From assembly GCA_041641615.1 (NCBI GenBank), contig JBEPYA010000001.1, forward strand, positions 1 to 53,491: 53,491 nt of DNA, given 5' to 3'. The notes under the pieces are model-generated. The model ran no database searches. It was not told the DNA's origin and worked only from the letters and a program-made list of their open reading frames with translations. Below are positions 1 to 7,907 of the stretch, piece after piece. Position 1 is the stretch's first letter. Every line of letters begins with the position of its first letter. The translations under genes were made by a program, and so were the position numbers. This DNA is from Salinigranum sp. Its GTDB lineage: Archaea > Halobacteriota > Halobacteria > Halobacteriales > Haloferacaceae.

Positions 1-931
1 TGCCGTGTTGAATAGATGCTGAGTGACGGTTAGAGCGGCTCACAGAGCGGTTCTATGTTAGTGATGGCGAACATGAGGACGATTTCACGGAACTGCCGAT
101 ACCAGCCAAGCGCTCGCACGGCGTCGCCGAGCGAGCGCTTGGTCGTCGAGTACGAGGTTTCAGCCATCCAGCGCTGAGAGTAGCCTTTTGCCCGGATGAG
201 CGCGTTATAACCTACCGTGAGCGGCTTCGACCCACGCTGTAAGATGAGTGGGTCGACACCGAGTGCGTAACACTCGTATTTCGTGATCCAGTTGTGGAAG
301 GCTTTGTCAGCTGCGACGGACAGCAGGTCGTCCGCGTTCCGGCGGACGACCTGCGGCCCTGTCTTCGTATCGTGTTTCCACCGGGCTGAAATGTGGACGT
401 CAAGAACGGCGAGAGACTCTACATCGGTTAGCGTCGTCACTTTCAGTGTCTGGACGGTGCTGCCGGATCGTTGGCGGTAGTACGAAGAGGCTGAGCGCCG
501 GTCGAAAAACGTGCTGTCGAGAGCTGCGTGCCCAGAGTGCGGGTGTTGCTGCGCTGAAACGCGCAGCAACGCCCGCCACACCCACATTTTGAACCGATCG
601 AACGACTTGTAGATCGTGCTGAACTCGGGCAGATCGTCCCGATCAAGCCCGAGTACACCACGTATCTCAGCCATGTACTCCAGCCGATTCGGCGTTTCAC
701 GGTAGCTGTGGCCCTCTTCGAGCCGAAAGCAGTGCAGGACGACGTGAACCCAGCGGGCGAACCCGCCGCTGGCGGGCTCGCCCGCGTGCTTCCCCAACGC
801 TTGTTTGGCTAGGTGACGACACCGTTCAACGAAGTCGAGGAGGTCGACTTCCATAACTCAGAATCGAGTTCCTCGGCTTCACCCTTCTAAAGCAGCGATA
901 TCGACAGATTAGGTCGCTATTCAACACAGCA
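1..931 (-). mobile_element. IS5-family insertion sequence (haloarchaeal ISH1/ISH9-like group), 931 bp
   Basis: Terminal inverted repeats TGCCGTGTTGAATAG (1-15) and CTATTCAACACAGCA (917-931) match at 14/15 and enclose one transposase ORF. The left flank is outside the window, so the target duplication cannot be checked. Confidence 0.9.
30..854 (-). CDS. IS5-family DDE transposase
   Basis: 274 aa with DDE-type motifs LDSTFF, ADKAF and YSQRWMAETSYSTTKR; lies between the TIRs. Confidence 0.92.
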   Translation of the reverse strand: MEVDLLDFVERCRHLAKQALGKHAGEPASGGFARWVHVVLHCFRLEEGHSYRETPNRLEYMAEIRGVLGLDRDDLPEFSTIYKSFDRFKMWVWRALLRVSAQQHPHSGHAALDSTFFDRRSASSYYRQRSGSTVQTLKVTTLTDVESLAVLDVHISARWKHDTKTGPQVVRRNADDLLSVAADKAFHNWITKYECYALGVDPLILQRGSKPLTVGYNALIRAKGYSQRWMAETSYSTTKRSLGDAVRALGWYRQFREIVLMFAITNIEPLCEPL

Positions 932-988
932 GAAATATCCCACCTGCGGTACGGGAAGCCCTGCCGTTCACGACGGGGAGGGTGTCAC
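932..988 (+). mobile_element. Right-end remnant of an IS200/IS605 (IS1341/TnpB-type) element
   Basis: AAATATCCCA...GGAAGCCCTGCCGTTCACGACGGGGAGGGTGTCAC: an imperfect subterminal hairpin followed by a TCAC terminus, the pattern typical of these ends. Confidence 0.7.
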
Positions 989-1056
989 GCGGGTGTTCTT
1001 ATTATGTTCTGGACGTGAGATAACGTCAAGAGGCGGACCCTCGAAGGATACGAAGC

Positions 1057-1902
1057 ATGATGATCGGCCCCTCTGCGTTCGAGACGCTTTTACTTGCGAT
1101 CCTCCACGTGGGGCTCTCGACGAGCGAACAGCTCGAACTCTCTGCATTCTTCCTCATCGGACTCCTCGGTGGGGCACACTGTCTCGGGATGTGCGGGCCG
1201 CTGGTCACGATGTACGCCAAGCAGTTCGGCAGCGGAGTGGCTACCGACGGGTCCGGAGGCTCGACGATCACCGTTCGCGATCTCCGTCAACACGCGCTGT
1301 TCAACGGCGGCCGAACGGTGAGCTACGCAGTTCTTGGAGGGGTGTTCGGGCTTGCCGGCGCAGTGGTCTACGACGCCGCGTCAGTCGTCCTCGTGTTCGG
1401 TGACGCGGTTCGTGCGGCCGTCGGGCTTCTCGTCGGCCTCGGCATCGTCGCCACGGGCCTCCGGTACACGGCTGGCGGCCACAGCGGTCACGGGGGAGGG
1501 ATCGACCTCCCATTTGTCGGTCGACTCGCCGGCCTGTTCGGATCGCTACAGACTCGACTCGACGGGTTGGCGTCGGGGCCTGGTATCGTCGGGCTGGGAC
1601 TCATCCACGGCCTGCTTCCGTGCCCGCTGCTGTACCCTGCGTACCTGTACGCCTTCGCCCGCGGCTCACCGCTGACGGGCGTCTTGACGCTCACCGTCCT
1701 TGGTCTCGGCACGTTCCCGACCCTCTTCCTCTACGGGACGATCGTGCAGTCGTTCGACGCCACGAACCGGGCTCGACTCCACCGAGCGCTCGGCGTGGCG
1801 TTCGTCCTCCTCGGCCTGATGCCGATCGCACACAGTCTTGCTCTGTTTGGCGTGCAGATCCCCCACATCGAACCGCCCATCTACCAGCCACTCGGTGGCT
1901 GA
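1057..1902 (+). CDS. TauE/SafE-like (DsbD_2/UreH-type) membrane protein, probably metal handling
   Basis: Several TM helices, HCLGMCGP and GLLPCPLLY motifs, NGGRTVSY. Confidence 0.8.
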   Translation: MMIGPSAFETLLLAILHVGLSTSEQLELSAFFLIGLLGGAHCLGMCGPLVTMYAKQFGSGVATDGSGGSTITVRDLRQHALFNGGRTVSYAVLGGVFGLAGAVVYDAASVVLVFGDAVRAAVGLLVGLGIVATGLRYTAGGHSGHGGGIDLPFVGRLAGLFGSLQTRLDGLASGPGIVGLGLIHGLLPCPLLYPAYLYAFARGSPLTGVLTLTVLGLGTFPTLFLYGTIVQSFDATNRARLHRALGVAFVLLGLMPIAHSLALFGVQIPHIEPPIYQPLGG

Positions 1903-1933
1903 TCGGGTGTACTGCCGCCCGCCGCCGAGAGAG

Positions 1934-2283
1934 TCACCCAGTGGCGACATCGAATGCCACGACTCGTCCACGCCCGTACAGTACGAACACCTCGACGTCC
2001 CCATCACCGTCGACGTCTGCCAGCGTTGAAGTGGTGAATATCACGTCTTCGCGTTCGTACGTCGAGCTAATCGCACCAGTTCGTGGATCGACCAGCGAGA
2101 CGATGCCGTCATGTGCGACAGCGACCAGTTCCGGCTCGCCGTCACCATCGACGTCTCCGACCGACGGCGGTGGCATCGTCTGTACCGCGCTGTCGGTAAG
2201 CGTCGTCGTCCACTCAGCCTCGCCCGTCTGTGCGTCGAGACTGTGTAAGCCACCGTCGTTCGTGACGTCGACCGTGTCGAGGT
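1934..2283 (-). pseudogene. C-terminal fragment of an FG-GAP/PQQ-type beta-propeller protein
   Basis: GDVDGDGEPELV, ADVDGDGDVEV and LDAQTGEAEW repeats. The ORF part upstream of ~2283 is only the antisense of the next fragment. Confidence 0.7.
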
Positions 2284-2545
2284 GACGCGCTTCGTCGTCC
2301 AGCTTGAGTACGCTCATGACGGCGGCTGGCACGAGGTCGTCCGGTACGACCACGACGGAGAGGGGAGTGAGGCGGCGACACACGACGTCACCGAAGAGGG
2401 GCTCCACATCGACATCTATCGCGACGGTGAGAAGTACGCGAGCGAGTTCGTCGTCGGGGCGATGCCTGCCGCGGCCGCCCTCGACCACGCCGAAGACCAT
2501 TTAGCGCGGAACCTCGAGCGGTTTGTACAGAGATACGAGGAATGA
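2282..2545 (+). pseudogene. 5'-truncated conserved haloarchaeal small protein (RFVVQLEY...VVRYDHD...LHIDIYR type)
   Basis: Acidic frame with haloarchaeal codon usage that starts abruptly at the junction with the propeller fragment; no room for a promoter. Confidence 0.55.
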
Positions 2546-2565
2546 CACGAGATACGGAGGGACCG

Positions 2566-2746
2566 ATGACCGAGGACGACCTCGCTGCGGCGAGCGACGC
2601 GACCCCAGGAGCTGCGCGAGGAAGTGCGCGACGGTCTCGCCGAAGACCTCGGCGGTGACCCAGACGACTACCGTGCCGACCGATACTTTTCATCTCCCGA
2701 CGAATCCGACGACGGCAGTGAAGCTGTCCCCGATGGTGGCAAGTGA
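2566..2746 (+). pseudogene. Frameshifted small acidic protein
   Basis: GGAGG then ATG 2566 (MTEDDLAAASDAT). An acidic frame continues after a shift near 2605 (QELREEVRDGLAEDLGGDPDDYRADRY...VPDGGK stop). Confidence 0.5.
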
Positions 2747-2768
2747 CCGGCCCTGTCGCCAGGAACGG

Positions 2769-2969
2769 ATGACCGACGCCGAACTCGAAACGTTCGAGGA
2801 GGTGGTCGGCGAGCTCGGTGACCAGGTCAATGAGTTCCTCGCCGAGGGGACCGATCGCACGCCCGACGAGGTCGCGGCCGCCATCGATGACCTCCCAAAA
2901 CCCGACCCGCTCGCTGACGAGCAACAGACACATCAACGCACGAGACAGTTGGCGGTCTGGATGGGGTGA
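2769..2969 (+). CDS. Small acidic hypothetical protein, similar in style to the preceding pseudogene
   Basis: MTDAELETFEEVVGELGDQVNEFLAEG...; acidic composition and typical codon usage. Confidence 0.5.
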   Translation: MTDAELETFEEVVGELGDQVNEFLAEGTDRTPDEVAAAIDDLPKPDPLADEQQTHQRTRQLAVWMG

Positions 2970-3154
2970 AACCGCCCGCCCGTGCGCCGCTGGGCTAGGT
3001 CACCACTCTCTACTCTAGTACAGGTATTCGTGGAATTCACCCAGCAAGCGCACAGACACGTCGAGAGACGCTCTCGGGCGCACCGTGCGCGCCACAACTA
3101 GCCCAGATTTTGTTAGTCGGAAAACAAATAGATCGGTGGGGATGACGGCAAAGT

Positions 3155-3199
3155 CTTAACCAACGTGACCGGGGGTCGGACGCGGCAGTGTTGGTTAAG
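3155..3199. promoter_or_regulatory. Inverted repeat CTTAACCAAC-N25-GTTGGTTAAG
   Basis: Perfect 10-bp arms at 3155-3164 and 3190-3199. Confidence 0.55.
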
Positions 3200-3422
3200 C
3201 CGAGTTTCCCCACTCAGTCGAATCGCTCCGAACTCGTGAGGTAACTCATGGCGTCGTCGCCGGCTGCTCCGCGGATCCGTGATAACAAACATAATCTCCG
3301 ATTCTAACCTATAGAAAAACGCAGGACTGCGATGGGTCAGCGTGATTTGTGACCTCTCGCACTCTGGTTACCTGTGTTTTTTGCCGACAATCGTATCACT
3401 CTATCGGAGAGGTACCGAGACC

Positions 3423-3471
3423 TTTCTTAACCAACATACGAGGTGTTCTGTCCCAGTTGTTGGTTAAGAAA
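3423..3471. promoter_or_regulatory. Inverted repeat TTTCTTAACCAACA-N21-TGTTGGTTAAGAAA upstream of the HTH-PIN operon
   Basis: Perfect 14-bp arms at 3423-3436 and 3458-3471, same core as 3155-3199. Confidence 0.6.
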
Positions 3472-3553
3472 ATAAGTCTCTCGGCCCTGAGTTCCAGTCT
3501 CGACGACCGACTCCCTCAACAAAGGCTAATACACTATACATGGAACATGTATT

Positions 3554-4123
3554 ATGATGTCCACGGACGACCAGCCCTCCCCAGCGCCGAACCCTGAGGA
3601 GACGTTCAACGACCTCCTCACGTACGCTGAGCTCCTCAACACACCACGGCTCGCGCGGCTCTACATTTACATCCTCCAGAACGGGCCCGTCGAGATCGAG
3701 ACCATCAAGTCCGACCTCGAGATGGCTCACTCGACGACGTACAAGTACATCGGCCAGCTCGAAGAGATGGGTCTGCTCTCCCGAGACGACGACGTGACAC
3801 CCACAACGGTCACCGTCGTCCCGATTCGGCTCCAACTCGACACCGAGCACGGCGACGTCCTCGCGACACCCACGCTCGTCGACGCGGTCGGGCGGCAGTT
3901 CGAGAACGAGGACATCCGTGTGTTCGTCGAACGTCAAGGGATTGCGAAACTCGCTGCAGCGCTCCACTACACCCTCCGTGTCATGGCTGGTGAGCTCACT
4001 CAGCGGACGGCGGCGACGAAACTCGGTGTCCACCCCGTCGAGGGGATGACTGTGTTCGCCGCACTCCAGGACGTCGTCGAGGATGCTGCATCCTACGACC
4101 CGTACTTGGAGCGCCCCGAATAA
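3554..4123 (+). CDS. Winged-HTH (TrmB/ArsR-like) protein, putative antitoxin or regulator
   Basis: LARLYIYILQNGPVEIETIKSDLEMAHSTTYKYIGQLEEMGLL wHTH, a second C-terminal HTH, and a TAATG overlap with the next gene. Confidence 0.8.
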   Translation: MMSTDDQPSPAPNPEETFNDLLTYAELLNTPRLARLYIYILQNGPVEIETIKSDLEMAHSTTYKYIGQLEEMGLLSRDDDVTPTTVTVVPIRLQLDTEHGDVLATPTLVDAVGRQFENEDIRVFVERQGIAKLAAALHYTLRVMAGELTQRTAATKLGVHPVEGMTVFAALQDVVEDAASYDPYLERPE

Positions 4124-4662
4124 TGTCGGAAGAGGATGTGGAGATTCCGGACGACAGCGTCGCAATCATCGATAGTAGCGTCCTCTTCGCGATGAGTGGC
4201 CCCTCGAACGACAAGTACCAGGCCTTCGAGCGGTTCGTCCGGAAGCACAGCATCACGGTGACTGTCCCTGAACAGGTGGCCGAAGAAATAGGCGAGAGTC
4301 CCGGAGCCTACGAGTACCAACGTGATCGACTCCGTGCTGCGCAGGACGCCGGCTGGCTGACGCCTGCTCAAATCGACTTTTCCGTCCCACGTGTTTCTGA
4401 AGTCGTCGACAACACTCGGACCCGCATGGCCGCGCTTTCCGCAGATGACGTCACCGAAGACGAAATCGAGAAGACGGATACGGTTCTCGCCGGGCTGGCG
4501 TACCAGTACGTCGCAGAAGGGTCCGCTCACGTCACCGTCTTCGCGAGTGACCGGATCGCCGAGCGAGCCATCGGTGATGTGCTCTCCGCGGTCGGGGTTG
4601 CGGACCGCACATCAGTTGTTGAGGGACGAGCGTTCCTAAAGGACCTCGTCTCGAATTCATAA
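4123..4662 (+). CDS. PIN-domain protein, putative RNase toxin
   Basis: AIIDSSVL, VAEEI, EKTDTVL and ASDRIA give the acidic PIN tetrad; translationally coupled to the HTH gene. Confidence 0.7.
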   Translation: MSEEDVEIPDDSVAIIDSSVLFAMSGPSNDKYQAFERFVRKHSITVTVPEQVAEEIGESPGAYEYQRDRLRAAQDAGWLTPAQIDFSVPRVSEVVDNTRTRMAALSADDVTEDEIEKTDTVLAGLAYQYVAEGSAHVTVFASDRIAERAIGDVLSAVGVADRTSVVEGRAFLKDLVSNS

Positions 4663-5997
4663 TCGGATTCCTCCCCGATGATGTCGACCCCATTGACAAG
4701 GGCGATGACGGCAAAGGGTCGATATTGAAAGAGCGAGTGAAGTGAGGTGCCGACCGCACTTGTAACGACGGGCGGAGCCATGACTCATATCTGTACCGTT
4801 ACTACCGGAAAGATGGAACGCTCACGTCGGAGTACGTCGGTAAAGCGTGACCAAAGCTTATGTAACGACTGCACGCGAGCTGACTTCTATCGTCACATAA
4901 GGGCAATCGTCGACCAATCTCCTTTTGAGCGGTGAAACCGTCCCGCTCCTCACATGTACCAAGTATATGACTATAATTCAGACTGTTATTCAACGGCCTC
5001 GCGCTTCAGTTTGCTCCGACTTGTGAGCGGCATTCCCATACTCGTATTTGGCCTCGAGACGCCTCAAAAACCCAGAAATCGATCGTGTAGCCATCGACGC
5101 CGACCGATTACCGGCACAATTTGCTTGTATTCCTAACTCGTTTTTCGACCTATGTGCGTGCCGAGACGACTGCAGAGACACTCTCGACTACTCTCACGTA
5201 TTTCCTAATCGGGAGAAACCCCCGCAAGGAGAGAGGAGTATGCTGAGTATAAACTCCGATTTGGGGTCCGATGAGCAAGCACTTGGAGTTGGGCCAGTCG
5301 GCCCAACGCGGCCTGGTCAGAAACGTATGAGACAGTGTTGTATCCAAGATATGTCATATTTTCTCTTCCAGAATCTAGTCGAAGTGGGTGACCGGCCTTC
5401 GTCCCGCCCTTGTCTCTAGAGTCCGAGACAAGGTCCAATCGCGTAGTAACGGTGCCGTCGGCACCGTTGTGACGCTCTGTCTCGTGGGTCGGTGAACCAA
5501 CCGATTGGAAGAGTAGTTGAGCACCACTCAGGACAGGAATTCGTTCGATAATCCCTCTCGCCCAATCTCGTCCGTCGGAAGACCATCCGTGTTCTCCGAA
5601 AGGAGAGAGCGTTCGAAGCGACCTTCCTCGATCTTCCGACTCCCGCTGTCGCGACATCTTAGTTGGTTCGCTTGTTGAAAGACCACCGAGCCCGATCACA
5701 CCAAACGGGATTTCACACTCGATTTTACTTATCTCAGCCTTTGCTGCACCTGAATTTGATCAATGATTCTCTAATCTGTCCGAAAACACCAGTGGCGTCG
5801 GTATGTATTCACACTGCTATTGAGCTCGATCAAAGGCGTAGACTGGACAAAAGACACTATCGAGTGTTTTTATGGGGTGTACATCCGGTCATTGTCTCCA
5901 CAAGTACTGGGGTGCAGAATGGGGTGTGCTTTTCGGCACGTGCTAATCACGTGTGAACTCTTCGAGCGGCCCAGACCCCCGTTTTCAGGGGATGCGC

Positions 5998-6306
5998 CTA
6001 CTCGTTCGGATCGTAGATCTTCTTGATCCAGCTACCGGTACCGAGGAGCAGCTGAATCTCCTCGGTCTTCTCGTAGGCGTAATCAAACCCACCGAAGATG
6101 TACCCACAGCCTTCCTCGAGGTCGATGTCATCCGCATAGATGACGCACGGAAGCTGGACGTCGCCCAGCTCGCTATCACCGAGCACGACCTTCTGTCGGG
6201 GGGCGTGCGACCGGAGGTCGACCTCCCAGTTGACGAATCCCTTCGTCTTGACGTATCCCTGGCTCCCGTCGAACTCCTCAAGCGTGATGAACGGCACGCT
6301 GCTCAT
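5998..6306 (-). CDS. Single OB-fold protein, RPA/SSB-like
   Basis: Start at ATG 6306 (ATGA overlap with the upstream gene). QKVVLGD...PCVIY...DLEEGCGYIF...YE...IQLLL resembles haloarchaeal RPA OB folds. Confidence 0.6.
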   Translation of the reverse strand: MSSVPFITLEEFDGSQGYVKTKGFVNWEVDLRSHAPRQKVVLGDSELGDVQLPCVIYADDIDLEEGCGYIFGGFDYAYEKTEEIQLLLGTGSWIKKIYDPNE

Positions 6307-6692
6307 CGGCTCCCACCTCCGCGGACCACCGTCTTTTGCCCACACACCAAGACGGCCGGCTGCGGGGCGCCGCACCCCGGGCACTCGATGTCCGTGATCG
6401 GATCGACGAGGTCGTCGCAGGCGTCACACATCACGAGACCGTCCATCCTCAGGCGGCCATCGTTGTGCAGGACGGTCCGGAGCCAGCCGTCGCGGACGAG
6501 CATGAGCGCGTCGTACCGCTCGTACAGCCGGGCGTAGGAGCACCGCGCTGCGGGCGCCTCGACGGGCGTGGCCTGTCGCCAGGCAACCTCAAGCGGGCGG
6601 TCCGCGGGGGTGCGCTCGTGCCAGCGCTCGTGGGCGTGTGACGTGATCGGTGGGAGATGCATCTGATCGAGGTTCTTGTTGTGTACGGACAT
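6303..6692 (-). CDS. Small protein with a putative BECR/RelE-like RNase domain and a C-terminal C4 zinc finger
   Basis: ITSHAHERWHER helix, LMLVRDGWLRTVL strands, then CDAC-x11-CPGC. Confidence 0.6.
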   Translation of the reverse strand: MSVHNKNLDQMHLPPITSHAHERWHERTPADRPLEVAWRQATPVEAPAARCSYARLYERYDALMLVRDGWLRTVLHNDGRLRMDGLVMCDACDDLVDPITDIECPGCGAPQPAVLVCGQKTVVRGGGSR

Positions 6693-6728
6693 TCGAGGTG
6701 TGAGTATTGGACGGAGTGGTGCGTCGTC

Positions 6729-7128
6729 GTCAGTTTCAGTTCGAGAGACCAGCGGCTACCAGGTTGAGAGTCGGACGTGGGACAGTGTCGCCACTACGCG
6801 CGGTGAATCAGTGGAGCTCGACTGAACTCGACTGACCACCGGTTCAACATTGCATGGTGCTCACTACCGACCGATTGAACGGTCGAATTCCGAGTTCAGG
6901 GGGTTCGAAGGGCCTTGGCTGGTCGACGACGAGAGCGATGCCTCGCGCGTAACAATAGTGGGGAACCGGCCTCCCCAATCTCAGGGGGTGAAAGAGACCG
7001 TTCCCATCTTACGATGGGGAGCGAACGAAGTCCTCACCACAGTGTGGTGGAGGCTGCTTCGCGCCCGTAGGATAACCTGGGGCCGGGACGACGCTCCCCC
7101 TTTCGGGGGGACCGCCGACCGACCGCCC
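6729..7128 (-). ncRNA. Candidate ~400-nt structured RNA (ncRNA or long 5' leader)
   Basis: At least six helices. GNRA loops (GAAA, GUAA) and G-U pairs occur only on the minus strand, a TATA box lies upstream, and no credible ORF is present. Confidence 0.6.
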
Positions 7129-7153
7129 TCATCACGCATATTGGTGCAAGAAA

Positions 7154-7162
7154 TACTTAAAA
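7154..7162 (-). promoter_or_regulatory. TATA box (TTTTAAGTA) for the structured RNA/operon
   Basis: Lies in an AT-rich patch about 25-30 nt upstream of the first helix. Confidence 0.55.
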
Positions 7163-7232
7163 GAAAATGAGCCAGGATAATCTATAAACTAAATAGTATG
7201 TTTTATCCAGTATAATCCGCTTCAATCCGGTC

Positions 7233-7907
7233 TCAATCGTCGCTCGCGCTTGCCTCGTCCTGGCCGGCGCGTACAGGAGTGTTGACGGCACGGGTTCCGA
7301 AATAATTGCGTCTCTTGAGCTCGCGTTTAACCAGCTGTGAGACGCTGTACACGTCTTTCCGTGAGACGTCGTACTGATTGAGGAGATCACAGTAGCCCTC
7401 ATCGTTGAGCATCTTATCTGGGAGAGCATCTGTATCGAGACGTGATAGGTCATCCATCCTTCGGAACCTCCGATTGCGATCCCACTCGACGATGACTTTG
7501 ATTGTCACGAGCGCAACTTTCTCGAGGCGTTTCTGCTGGCCGAACCGATCGAGGTTCATCTTTCCCATCGCGACGACCGCCTCACGTTGCTGATGCGGCG
7601 TGACGTCGAGCACTGAGCAGAACGCTTGCGTGACGCGCTTCTTGTCACGAGCGGCCTCGCGGGCGCTGTGCTTTCCGTCCGACCAGTGACGGCCCTCGTT
7701 GTGGCGGACGAGCTTCGTTACGTCACCACCTGCACTCCCGACTCCAACCCGCGTGTTCCCGAACGAGTCGTATCCAGTTGTATATGCGTCCGGCAGATGA
7801 TCGCGTTCTCGGTCGCGCGACACTTGGCGATCAGGTTCTTCGTCGACGAAATCTCGATCCGTCTCGTCGGTCTCCACATCCTCGGTCGACCGTGAGTCGT
7901 CATCCAC
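7233..7907 (-). CDS. Homolog of the haloarchaeal 'RNA polymerase subunit epsilon' family
   Basis: HSAREAARDKKRVTQAFCSVLDVTPHQQ...MNLDRFGQQKRLEKVALVTIKVIVE matches the recalled family pattern. GTG 7907 chosen as start because GAGG and an AT-rich TATA region (~7950-7970) precede it; the frame stays open to 8258. Confidence 0.65.
   Translation of the reverse strand: MDDDSRSTEDVETDETDRDFVDEEPDRQVSRDRERDHLPDAYTTGYDSFGNTRVGVGSAGGDVTKLVRHNEGRHWSDGKHSAREAARDKKRVTQAFCSVLDVTPHQQREAVVAMGKMNLDRFGQQKRLEKVALVTIKVIVEWDRNRRFRRMDDLSRLDTDALPDKMLNDEGYCDLLNQYDVSRKDVYSVSQLVKRELKRRNYFGTRAVNTPVRAGQDEASASDD

Noticed and set aside
7045-7085. SRP-RNA-like words CAGG...GAAGCAGCC on the minus strand
   Set aside because: Spacing is wrong, the GGAA tetraloop is missing, and the bases fit a different helix better.
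6729-7128. Known ribozyme or intron identity (hammerhead, RNase P, group I/II) for the structured RNA
   Set aside because: The diagnostic cores (CUGAUGA/GAAA junction, GAGGAAAGUCC, domain V) were not found by eye.
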